Shown here: one piece after another, positions 1-8,706 of the stretch
How the letters are laid out: each line of letters begins with the position of its first letter
Numbering within the stretch: the first letter of the stretch is position 1
DNA from: Candidatus Altimarinota bacterium
Lineage (GTDB): Bacteria > Patescibacteriota > Gracilibacteria > CAIRYL01 > GCA-016699755
Direction: 5' to 3'
DNA: 64,000 bases
NCBI GenBank assembly: GCA_963664295.1
Contig: OY760935.1
Location: 960,001-1,024,000, forward strand
Translations under genes and position numbers: made by a program
The notes under the pieces: model-generated
What the model was told of the DNA's origin: nothing
What the model saw: the letters and a program-made list of their open reading frames with translations, nothing else
The model's database searches: none

Positions 1-599
1 TTCTTTTCTGTTGCACTAATGCCACAACCTTGATCTTTTACTTCTAATACTGCTTTATTTCCTTTTTTATAAACTAATACAGAAATTTTTTTACTTTTTT
101 CTGTGTATTTTTGGGCGTTTTTTAATAAATTTTCTAAAATAACTTCTATCCTGCTTTTGTGGCCTATGATAAAAACATTTTCTTCTATTTTGTGCTCCCA
201 TTTATGCAAATTATTTTTGTGATTTATTACAATGTTTTTAACAAATTTGCTTAAATTAAATTTTTTAGGTGACTTTTTTTTGTTATATTCAACTTCAAAT
301 ATTTGCAAAAGCTTGTCTAAAGAGTCTTCAATTAGACCAAGTTCATTTTTTACAACTTGAGAGTTGTCTTTTTGCATTGTTTTTTCTTCCTGAGCCAATA
401 TAAGTCTCAAAATTGTCAATGAATTACCAATTGAGTGGATTATTTTGGATAAAAATTTAACCTGTTTTTTGTTTTCACGAAAATGTAATTCTTTTTCTTT
501 TAAAAGTTTGTCGATTTGTGCACAAGATTGCTTGTGTTTTTTTAGTAATTTTTCATTTACATTTTCTAGTTGCCAAATTAACTCAAGTAGTTTGTTCAT
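1..599 (-). CDS. Histidine kinase without TM/sensor domain (partial, runs off left edge)
   Basis: Own translation from ATG at 599: MNKLLELIWQ...KIIHSIGNSLTILRL (H-box-like), IEVILENLLKNAQKY (N box), VKDQGCGIS (G1 box); start overlaps the response regulator stop. Confidence 0.85.
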   Translation of the reverse strand, partial: MNKLLELIWQLENVNEKLLKKHKQSCAQIDKLLKEKELHFRENKKQVKFLSKIIHSIGNSLTILRLILAQEEKTMQKDNSQVVKNELGLIEDSLDKLLQIFEVEYNKKKSPKKFNLSKFVKNIVINHKNNLHKWEHKIEENVFIIGHKSRIEVILENLLKNAQKYTEKSKKISVLVYKKGNKAVLEVKDQGCGISATEK

Positions 600-1263
600 T
601 GGTTTCAAAAATAAATCCTCGACCACGCAAGGTTTTTAAGCGATCCGCTTCTTTTCCAATTTGTCTCCTAAGTCGCATCATATGGACATTAATAGTGTTA
701 CTACGGGTGCAAAGCCCATCATCGTTCCAAATGTGTTCCAAAATTTCTGCTTCCGTAATAATGCGATTACTATTTTTTAAAAAATAGTAAAGTAGCTGAT
801 ATTCTTTTAGTTTTAATTCTAAAATTTTGTTATTAAGCATAATTTCACCTTTTTGCTCATCAATAATAAAAGGGGGTATTTCTAGTGGTGCAATTGCTTT
901 ATTTTTTCTGCGCAACAAGGCACGCACTTTGGCCAATAATTCCGCAGGGTCATATGGTTTTTCTAAGTAATCATCAGCACCTTTATTTAGGGCGTAACTT
1001 CTTTCGCGACTGCCCTTGAGTGCGCTTAAAATTAAAATTGGCACATCTTTTTGTTGCCTATGAATGTCTTCAATTAGACTAATACCGTCTTCTTTTTCGC
1101 CAAAATCTCTATCCAGAATGATTAAATCAAAGCCACCCTCTGTAATTAATTCTTTTGCTTGTTGTAAGGTTTGTGCTTTTTTAATCACAAAACGCTTATC
1201 TGTTAATAAGTGGGACAAAAAATCCAAAATTAAAGGCTCATCATCTGCTAGTAATATTCTCAT
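583..1263 (-). CDS. OmpR/PhoB-family response regulator
   Basis: Receiver motifs ILLADDE, DLIILD, GADDYLEKP; winged-helix end VHMMRLRRQI...TLRGRGF. Confidence 0.95.
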   Translation of the reverse strand: MRILLADDEPLILDFLSHLLTDKRFVIKKAQTLQQAKELITEGGFDLIILDRDFGEKEDGISLIEDIHRQQKDVPILILSALKGSRERSYALNKGADDYLEKPYDPAELLAKVRALLRRKNKAIAPLEIPPFIIDEQKGEIMLNNKILELKLKEYQLLYYFLKNSNRIITEAEILEHIWNDDGLCTRSNTINVHMMRLRRQIGKEADRLKTLRGRGFIFETNEQTT

Positions 1264-1278
1264 TTGGGGAAAATAAAT

Positions 1279-2313
1279 TTATTTTTTAAAAAATTTTACA
1301 AGCTCATCACCAATTGCTGAAGCAGTTTGTGGATTAAATAAATCCACAATTTTGTTTAAATTTGTAAAACTTAAAACTTTAGCTAATTTTTGTACTGAAT
1401 TTTTTTTGGAATTTTTTAGTGTTTCCAAAACGCTTTTTGTTTTTATTAAAGCTATTTTCGCTTCTAGCGCGGAATCAAGCTGAATTAAAAATTCATCACA
1501 CAGGTTTTCTACTGGCTTTTGTATAAAATTAATACCATTCCAGGTAGGAGAATATTGCAAAACTTCTCTTATTATTTTTTTATCTAATTCTTCGTGTGGA
1601 CAATCTTCTTTTATTCTGATTATTTCTTTTTCAAAAAAAGCACCCCTGGGGCGACCTAGTGCATCAATTTTATCAAAAGTTTTTAAAGCTAATATTTTTT
1701 TCTTAATTAATTTTTCTTTTTTCCAAAAATTTTTTAAATAAACACACCTATTTTCCAGCATTTTTAAGTACTTTTTAACATATAGCTGGCGATAATTTTC
1801 AAAGGACTGTAATACGGTTTGTTCAAAATAATCTGGCGATCTGAGAATTTTTGGCAAATCTAAGTTAATTTTTACTAAATCTTGCGCCAATCTTAACTTG
1901 GAAAATTCTTCATCATCTTCAGGAAGTGGCACTAAATAGGCTTTAATTAAAGATATAATTGAAGTATGCTTGGCCACTTTTTTAAATTTTTCAAGCTCGT
2001 CTTTATCTTTTGAATTAAGAGGTTTTTTTTGAAGAAATTTTTTAATAGACTCAGAATAAGGATTTTTAATTTCGTACTCAGAGCACAAAAGCTCTGTTTT
2101 TTGATAAAAATCCTCAAGATTATTTAAATATTCTTCACTTTTACTAATTTGCTTTTCGGCGCTTGTAATTGCTACTGCTACTTTTTTTGGAGCCACTTCT
2201 TCTATAGCACAAGTTTCTGAATCTATTTTTAATTCTTTATTTTTTGTTAATTTTTTTATTAACTCTTTTTTGTCTTTTGCTTTAGCAATAAAAACAACTT
2301 TAAATTTCTTCAT
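1279..2313 (-). CDS. Hypothetical helical protein, 344 aa, first gene of the RR/HK operon
   Basis: Long ORF, 15-bp gap to the RR; no confident motif. Confidence 0.75.
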   Translation of the reverse strand: MKKFKVVFIAKAKDKKELIKKLTKNKELKIDSETCAIEEVAPKKVAVAITSAEKQISKSEEYLNNLEDFYQKTELLCSEYEIKNPYSESIKKFLQKKPLNSKDKDELEKFKKVAKHTSIISLIKAYLVPLPEDDEEFSKLRLAQDLVKINLDLPKILRSPDYFEQTVLQSFENYRQLYVKKYLKMLENRCVYLKNFWKKEKLIKKKILALKTFDKIDALGRPRGAFFEKEIIRIKEDCPHEELDKKIIREVLQYSPTWNGINFIQKPVENLCDEFLIQLDSALEAKIALIKTKSVLETLKNSKKNSVQKLAKVLSFTNLNKIVDLFNPQTASAIGDELVKFFKK

Positions 2314-2472
2314 TTTTTAAATATATATTCTTAATTTGCTATAAAATTCTAATAAAATAAATATGAAATTTTCATGAACTAAGCTTTTTAATTAATATTC
2401 TGTTCATTTTTATGTGAAAAAATAAAAAATATATGGAAAAATAAAATTGATTTTAAATATTTTAAATTAAAA

Positions 2473-3288
2473 ATGAGCAAAAAACCGCCAAGCTGTGAAG
2501 AAAAAATTACAACAGACGCACTCAAAGAAGACAAAAAGCCTAATGCACCAGAAGCTGAAAAATCTCCAGAACGAATGTTGTTGTTAGATCATGCGACACT
2601 CGTTAGCGTATTATCACACGAAACCAATGGCAAAATGAGCTCTATCGTAGGCTTTGCTGAAATGGGATTAAAAGGTAAATGTGATAATCCTGATCATGAA
2701 TTTTGCTTTGAAACAATACTTAAATCGGTTAGTGCGATATCTATTCTTATACAAAATCTTTTACTGCATGCAAAAATAGGCACAGAAGGAGTGCCTATAA
2801 ACATGAAGCTCGGCATGCTTTCTAATGAAATAAACAAAGTTTGGAATGAGCTGTTACCATTGTTTACAACAAAATCAGTTCATTTTATGCGAAACTTTGA
2901 AGTTGGCAGAAAACATCACTATAAAAATGAGCCTATGTTTAATTTTGATCCTGATACATTAGAGTGGGTGATAAGAAACTTAATTCATAATGCACTTAAA
3001 TTTTCTCCTGAAGAAGGAACTATAACAGCAACAGTTAGGTTTATAAAACAAGATGGCGAGGAATACGCTGAGGTAAGTGTTGCAGACGAAGGTGTTGGTA
3101 TTCCCGAAGATGAGCTTGAGCTAATTTTTGAGCAATTTAAAAAAAGCTCACGTACAACCGAAAAAAGCTTTGGCGTTGGTCTTAATATTTGCAAAAAAGT
3201 TATTGAAGCTCACAATGGCACAATAAAAGCAACAAACAACAAAGAAAAAGGGAGCACATTTACTTTTACAATCCCCCTGCTTCCCTAA
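2473..3288 (+). CDS. Cytoplasmic histidine kinase (HisKA + HATPase_c)
   Basis: LSHETNGKMSSIVGF H-box, NLIHNALKF, VADEGVGI, IFEQF, GVGLNIC, GSTFTFTIP. Confidence 0.92.
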   Translation: MSKKPPSCEEKITTDALKEDKKPNAPEAEKSPERMLLLDHATLVSVLSHETNGKMSSIVGFAEMGLKGKCDNPDHEFCFETILKSVSAISILIQNLLLHAKIGTEGVPINMKLGMLSNEINKVWNELLPLFTTKSVHFMRNFEVGRKHHYKNEPMFNFDPDTLEWVIRNLIHNALKFSPEEGTITATVRFIKQDGEEYAEVSVADEGVGIPEDELELIFEQFKKSSRTTEKSFGVGLNICKKVIEAHNGTIKATNNKEKGSTFTFTIPLLP

Positions 3289-3874
3289 GCATATTAAGAT
3301 AATCTTTCAACAAATGCATTGCTTTTCCCCTGTGTGAAACTTGGTTTTTTTCTTGTTTAGAAAGTTGAGCATAAACTTTGTCTCGCCCATCAGGCACAAA
3401 CAAAGCAGAAACAGGAATGCCATGAGGAATATCGCACTGTGGCTCGTTTTTTAAATAACCACTAGTTTTTCCAGTAAAAGTCTCTTGTAAATTATTAAAA
3501 ATAAACACTGTTGCACAATAAAAACTAGCCTTTTTATTGCTCTCTTGTGTCATTCTGTTTAAAAAATAATCCAACCATTCTTGGTCGCTGGCTTCTTCGC
3601 CCGCCCCCCATCGACGAGTGTGAATACCAAGCTCACCTTCTAAGGCATCAACATGAATACCTGAGTCTTCACCAATAGTGGGCAAGCCTGTTTTTTTATA
3701 AAAATGTACTGCCTTTTTTAAGGCATTTTCTTCGTGTGTCACACCATCTTCAACAGCATCATTTTTTAACCCTAGATCTTTTAGGGTCACAAATTCAATA
3801 GGTAAATCAGATAAAACCTCTAGCATTTCGCCAGCCTTGCCCTGATTTCCTGTAGCTATGAGTATTTTTTTCAT
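3266..3874 (-). CDS. rdgB: Non-canonical purine NTP pyrophosphatase (RdgB/HAM1)
   Basis: ATGNQGK, ENALKKA, EDSGIHVDAL, KNQVSHRGKA. Confidence 0.93.
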   Translation of the reverse strand: MKKILIATGNQGKAGEMLEVLSDLPIEFVTLKDLGLKNDAVEDGVTHEENALKKAVHFYKKTGLPTIGEDSGIHVDALEGELGIHTRRWGAGEEASDQEWLDYFLNRMTQESNKKASFYCATVFIFNNLQETFTGKTSGYLKNEPQCDIPHGIPVSALFVPDGRDKVYAQLSKQEKNQVSHRGKAMHLLKDYLNMLREAGGL

Positions 3875-3886
3875 ATTTTAAATAAT

Positions 3887-5278
3887 TTAATCTGCGCCCT
3901 TTCCACCAAGAACCACCCAAATAGTTTTAAAAATTATTTTAAGCTCCATAAGAATATGCCAATTTTGAATAAAATATAAATCTAGTTCTATTTCTTTTTG
4001 AAAAGACAAATTGCTCCTGCCCGAAACCTGTGCAAGCCCCGTAAGACCTGGACGAATGTTTAAAACTCTTGTTTCAGCAACAGAAAATTCTTTAATTTCT
4101 TCTGGCAAATGTGGCCTTGGTCCAGTCATAGACATATCACCCAATAACACATTGATTAACTGAGGAAGCTCATCCAAAGAAAATCTGCGCAAAAACTTGC
4201 CCACCTTAGTAATTCGAGGGTCATTTTTAATTTTAAACAAAGGCCCATCTTTGCGATGAGACAATTTAATTAAATCTTTTTTCTTTTTGTCTGCATTTTG
4301 CTCCATGGACCTAAACTTAATCATTGAAAACTTCTTACCTTTTTTGCCAACCCGCTTACTAACATAAAAAATAGACCCTTTGGACTCAAGCTTAATCGCA
4401 AAAATAATCAACAAAAAAACAGGAGAAAACAAAACAATTAAAAACAAAGAAAAAATAATATCAAAAAAGCGCTTAAAAACACGACTCCAGCCATCAAGCG
4501 CAGAAATTTTTGGCTGTAAAACCGGAATACCATTAAAAATTTCCATTTCCATGCTCGCAAAACGCATACCCAACTCCGAAGGGACAAAACGAAAATATAA
4601 ATGATTTTTTTCAGCAATCAATTGAGCTTCTTTCATTTTTTCAAAAGAAAAATTGCTCGAAGCATACCAAACCTCATCAAATTTTGCCTTAGAGGCAATA
4701 TTTTTAGCATAATTAAAGCTATGTTCTACAATTGCCTCTTTTAAAACAAAAGGCATGGTTTTTGACAAAGTTTTTTTCAAGCTCTCAAAAACACCGCCTT
4801 CACCAATAAGCAAAACTTTACGTGCATAGGATTTATTTTTCCATGCCAAGGAAAAAAGCCAACGCAAAAAAATTCGCAAAACAAAAATCAGCAACAAAGA
4901 GAAGAACATTGCCTGAAATAGCATAACACGGGAGAAAAAAGGCTCATGTCTAACTAAAGAAAAATAAGCCACGATCAGCATTCCCCACAAAAAAACCCCA
5001 AAAACAATTTTCAAAAATTCTTTAATAGGATCAAATTTTTCTACTAATGGATAAAAGCCCAACAAGAAAAACATTATCAACAAAAATCCAGCAGAAACAG
5101 CAACAAAAGGAATATAAAACTCCAAACTTGGCAAAGCTTCTTTTGGAAAATAAGTCTGCACACCAGGAATTAAATCCGTAATTGGCCTGAGCCAGTAAGT
5201 CAACGACCAAGCAGTAATAACAGCAAAAAAATCAAATGCTGTACGAAGCAGGCCGGCAATAATCTCCTTTCTCTGCAC
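3887..5278 (-). CDS. Polyprenyl-phosphate sugar phosphotransferase (WcaJ/WbaP family)
   Basis: N-terminal TMs; KRFFDI, KFRSM, DPRITKVGKFLRRFSLDELPQL, GPRP, PGLTGLAQVSGR. Confidence 0.93.
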   Translation of the reverse strand: MQRKEIIAGLLRTAFDFFAVITAWSLTYWLRPITDLIPGVQTYFPKEALPSLEFYIPFVAVSAGFLLIMFFLLGFYPLVEKFDPIKEFLKIVFGVFLWGMLIVAYFSLVRHEPFFSRVMLFQAMFFSLLLIFVLRIFLRWLFSLAWKNKSYARKVLLIGEGGVFESLKKTLSKTMPFVLKEAIVEHSFNYAKNIASKAKFDEVWYASSNFSFEKMKEAQLIAEKNHLYFRFVPSELGMRFASMEMEIFNGIPVLQPKISALDGWSRVFKRFFDIIFSLFLIVLFSPVFLLIIFAIKLESKGSIFYVSKRVGKKGKKFSMIKFRSMEQNADKKKKDLIKLSHRKDGPLFKIKNDPRITKVGKFLRRFSLDELPQLINVLLGDMSMTGPRPHLPEEIKEFSVAETRVLNIRPGLTGLAQVSGRSNLSFQKEIELDLYFIQNWHILMELKIIFKTIWVVLGGKGAD

Positions 5279-5349
5279 AAAAAGATTTTCGCATAAAAAG
5301 TTTTTTTTGTCATTTATTGTTTTTGTTTAGTGATTTTTATGATTTTTTC

Positions 5350-5378
5350 TTGCCTTTTTTAAAAAAAAAGTGGAAAAT
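5350..5378 (+). promoter_or_regulatory. sigma70-like promoter for tRNA-Phe (TTGCCT-17-GAAAAT)
   Basis: 17-bp spacing; same pattern recurs at other loci in the window. Confidence 0.55.
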
Positions 5379-5408
5379 GCCTGTTGCGTTTTGTTTGCAA
5401 TTCGCCTT

Positions 5409-5483
5409 GGCCAGGTAGCTCAGTGGTAGAGCAATGGACTGAAAATCCATGTGTCGGCAGTTCAATTCTGCCCCTGGCCACCA
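5409..5483 (+). tRNA. tRNA-Phe(GAA)
   Basis: GGCCAGG/CCTGGCC acceptor, GCTC/GAGC D stem, CTGAAAA loop, TTCAATT T loop, encoded CCA. Confidence 0.96.
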
Positions 5484-5653
5484 TTTTTGGTGTTTATTGC
5501 TCTACGCAATGGACTGGCTAATTGTAAATGGCCATGTGTCGGCAGTTCAATTCTGCCCCTGGCCACCATTTTTGGTGTTTATTGCTCTACGCAATGGACT
5601 GGCTAATTGTAAATGGCCATGTGTCGGCAGTTCAATTCTGCCCCTGGCCACCA
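5484..5653 (+). repeat. Two identical 85-bp tandem units, each ending in the 37-nt 3' end of tRNA-Phe
   Basis: 5484-5568 equals 5569-5653; each ends ccatgtgtcggcagttcaattctgcccctggccacca. Confidence 0.95.
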
Positions 5654-5655
5654 TT

Positions 5656-5803
5656 CGCTTAGTGAGAATTACGACCCGCAACGGAGCGACCGAGTGAATA
5701 ACGAGGGCGCGGAGTGGAGGGGAAATTATTTGTAATAAAATCGTGATCTTTTACACACAGTAAAAGTCGATTTTTTAAAAATAATTTAGTAATTTCCTAA
5801 GTG
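5656..5803. repeat. Nested imperfect inverted repeat / structured element (~150 nt)
   Basis: cttagtgagaattac...gtaatttcctaag; aaattatttgtaataaaatcg...cgattttttaaaaataattt; cttttac-acaca-gtaaaag. Confidence 0.6.
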
Positions 5804-6001
5804 ATTATTTATTCAGAACAAACCCATAAAATTGATACAAAGCACTAAAGCATGGAACCCTTGGTGTTCTTTGGGCTGAATGAATTGTCCGACACACTAC
5901 AATAAAGAGTCGGCAATAAGTAGTAAGGAAATTATCTTATTTTCTTTTAAAAAACTTTGATATAAAATTATATAAAATAACTTAATCTTTTTAGCCTTTC
6001 C

Positions 6002-7597
6002 ATGAAAAAATGTCTTACTTCTTCTAGCGCATTTGTTGTTGCTCTTTTAATGGTTTTTGGGCTTACCACAAGCACAAATGATTGTCAAAGCTATGCCCAA
6101 GATGAATGTGTATTTACTGATGTTTGTGATCATAAATATAAAGATGCTATTCAATATGTAAAAGAGCAAGGAATAATAGGGGGCTATAAAGACGGTAGCT
6201 ATAAACCTGATAAAGAAATAAATCGCGCAGAATTTACAAAAATTATAATGGCTTCATCTTTTTCAGAAGAATCAATAACAGGAAGCTACTGTTTTACTGA
6301 TGTAAACAACGAATGGTTTGCTCAATATATATGCTCTGCAAAGAATGAGGGCATTATTAACGGATATTCAGATGGTAGCTTTAGGCCGAACAATCTGGTT
6401 AATCTTGTAGAGGCATTAAAAATTATCTGGGAGGCAACAGGAGTTGATATTCCAGAGGCAGAGGGAGAATGGTACCAAAAATATTTTGACGCATCAGATC
6501 AGGTGGGTCTTTTGGATACTATTGGCAGAGATCCATCTCACTTACTTACTCGTGGTGAAATGGCAGAAATTGTCTATATATCAAAAACATTGGAAGATGA
6601 CACAGATAACAACAATTCAACTACAACAAACATAACTGATAACAATACAACAACCACTAATACGGAATTGCCACCGCCATTTGTGACAGAATCAGGGGGA
6701 GTGAATATTGCTTGGACAGATTTACAATATCATCTTTTTTACAATGGTGAAGACATGGGTCATGGTGCTACACCAAAATTATCAGACGGAAATTTAGCTT
6801 ATTTAAGGCCACAAGGTAATGGCACAACTTGTTATTATTATGATACATGTGATGTAATTTTAAATGAGGAAAATCTTGGTGAAGGAGCAAGCATTTCTTT
6901 ATCAGGAGACAACATTGCTTTCCATCGTGACATGGGTGATAACGATTTTCATGTTTTTTACAATGGCGAAGACTTGGGCAAGGGTACTAATCCTGTATTA
7001 TCCGGTGATAACATTGCTTATTTTGATGAAAATCGAAACATTATTTACAATGGTACAAACTTAGGAAAAGGTGAAAGCTATATGCTTTCTGGCGATTTGC
7101 TTGTTTATTCATATTACGACTCAAATGAATCACAAAGGTATATTTATGTAAATGGCAAAAAAGTTGATAAGGTAGCAAATTTTGCAGTAGGTGGAGGAAG
7201 TTACATTTATACCAATATGAATGAAAATAATCTTTATAATGTGTTTGTAAACGGCGAATTGGCTGGAGAGGCAAATTATTCTACTGAGATTTCAGTTGAC
7301 GGTGATAATTACGCTTTTGTAAAACGTGTGGATTCTGAAACGCATGTTGTTTACAACGGAAACGATATGGGTAAGGGCACAAAACCAGTAGTAGATGGTG
7401 ATGATTTTGCCTATACCAATGACGAAGATGATGTTGCTATTTTTAATGGTGAAGAGGTGAGTAATTGCTATGCGGTCAAAATTACCAATGGTAATAGTGT
7501 TTGTAATGCACGACCTACTTCAAACCCAGCAATGCATGTCTATCTGAACAATGAAGATGTTGGCGTGGGACAAAGTTTTTATGTTGAGAGTGAGTAA
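6002..7597 (+). CDS. Secreted SLH-domain protein with C-terminal beta-repeat region
   Basis: Signal peptide; GIIGGYKDGSYKPDKEINRAEF and GIINGYSDGSFRPNN SLH motifs; T/N linker; ~9 repeats of hxhNGxxxGxG. Confidence 0.9.
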   Translation: MKKCLTSSSAFVVALLMVFGLTTSTNDCQSYAQDECVFTDVCDHKYKDAIQYVKEQGIIGGYKDGSYKPDKEINRAEFTKIIMASSFSEESITGSYCFTDVNNEWFAQYICSAKNEGIINGYSDGSFRPNNLVNLVEALKIIWEATGVDIPEAEGEWYQKYFDASDQVGLLDTIGRDPSHLLTRGEMAEIVYISKTLEDDTDNNNSTTTNITDNNTTTTNTELPPPFVTESGGVNIAWTDLQYHLFYNGEDMGHGATPKLSDGNLAYLRPQGNGTTCYYYDTCDVILNEENLGEGASISLSGDNIAFHRDMGDNDFHVFYNGEDLGKGTNPVLSGDNIAYFDENRNIIYNGTNLGKGESYMLSGDLLVYSYYDSNESQRYIYVNGKKVDKVANFAVGGGSYIYTNMNENNLYNVFVNGELAGEANYSTEISVDGDNYAFVKRVDSETHVVYNGNDMGKGTKPVVDGDDFAYTNDEDDVAIFNGEEVSNCYAVKITNGNSVCNARPTSNPAMHVYLNNEDVGVGQSFYVESE

Positions 7598-7631
7598 GCT
7601 TAAAGCACTATTAATTACTTAAATACAAAAA

Positions 7632-7901
7632 ATGGACGATATAAACGCTCGATTAAAGGCAATAGAAGGGCGCAATAAAACGGTTGAGCTTGATAAAAAA
7701 TGGGAAACAAGCTGGAGTCGAAAATTTATTTTAATTATTTTAACTTATTTAGTAATTGCTATTTATTTTAATTTTGCAAATATAGAAAAACCGCTTATTA
7801 ACGCGGTTGTTCCTTCTCTGGCTTTTGTGATTTCCACTTTATCTATGCCTTATTTTAAAAAAATTTGGATTAAATTAAATAATAAGCAAAAGCGCAACTA
7901 G
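7632..7901 (+). CDS. Small membrane protein (2 TM)
   Basis: 89-aa ORF, WETSWSRK followed by two hydrophobic segments. Confidence 0.75.
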   Translation: MDDINARLKAIEGRNKTVELDKKWETSWSRKFILIILTYLVIAIYFNFANIEKPLINAVVPSLAFVISTLSMPYFKKIWIKLNNKQKRN

Positions 7902-8651
7902 GTTGTTTACTGCGTGAAAAGTTATCCCTGGCCAAAGTGAGCGTGTTTTTAAAAACACAAAGGACAACAGCAGTCCCATTACAAAGTAAATTGGCATATA
8001 AACAAGTTGCAAATGAGCAGTGGCAAATAAAACACTAGAAAACATTGCTGACCAAAAGGGCGTTGTTTTGTTCATTAACGAACTTAATAAAAATCCTCTA
8101 AAAATTAATTCTTCTAAAAGCGGAGCAACTACTACTGCAAAGCCAAACAAAACCCAAAGGGGAAGCAAATTATTGCTTATTAAGCTGGAAATTGTGCCTT
8201 GATTTGCCATTGGGGCTATTCCCATTAGCTTCATGGTGAATAAAATTCCATTTTGAGCCAAAATACTAATTGCAAACAAGCTAATTAAACTAAGCAAAAT
8301 TGTTTTTAGGTTTACTTTTCTAAAACCAAAATCTTTGAGCTTAACTTTGTATTTTTTTGCTGAAAATAAAAACAGAAAAAATATTTGTCCTAAAACTTGC
8401 AACAACAAACCAAGTACAATAAATAATTTTAAGTTTTCTATTAAAATTGTAGATACTGTGAGCAGATCAGTAAAAAATGCGCCTATAAAAAATGATCCCC
8501 AGGAAACTGCGAGTAAAAATAATGCTGAAAAAATAACCATTTTTACACCATCACTGGCCTTCCAGGGCACTTTTGGCAAGGTTCTTTTTAAAAATGGCTC
8601 TTGAACAAAGCACAATCCTGACTGTAAAAATGTTGATAAAAATTTTTGCAT
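7875..8651 (-). CDS. CPBP-family (CAAX/Abi) intramembrane metalloprotease
   Basis: APLLEELIFRG, FATAH, HAVNN motifs; multi-TM. Confidence 0.93.
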   Translation of the reverse strand: MQKFLSTFLQSGLCFVQEPFLKRTLPKVPWKASDGVKMVIFSALFLLAVSWGSFFIGAFFTDLLTVSTILIENLKLFIVLGLLLQVLGQIFFLFLFSAKKYKVKLKDFGFRKVNLKTILLSLISLFAISILAQNGILFTMKLMGIAPMANQGTISSLISNNLLPLWVLFGFAVVVAPLLEELIFRGFLLSSLMNKTTPFWSAMFSSVLFATAHLQLVYMPIYFVMGLLLSFVFLKTRSLWPGITFHAVNNLVALLLII

Positions 8652-8706
8652 TCAAAATTAAACAAAGGAAAGTACTATAATGCTTTTTTTAAATATTGTC
8701 AAGAAG

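Noticed and set aside
5447-5653. CRISPR-like array (37-nt repeat three times, 48-nt spacers)
   Set aside because: The repeat is the tRNA 3' end, the spacers are identical, and there are no cas genes in the window
5449-5697. ORFs overlapping tRNAs (also 30986-31256 and the 5' part of 33031-33423)
   Set aside because: Artefacts of translating tRNA or repeat sequence
5804-5930. Riboswitch or 6S-like RNA upstream of the SLH gene
   Set aside because: Some pairing is possible (ttattcag/ctgaatga, ccgac/gtcgg), but I see no convincing match to a known family consensus
5447-7900. Intact integrative element or prophage at tRNA-Phe
   Set aside because: No integrase or phage genes, and no distal att copy noticed in the window
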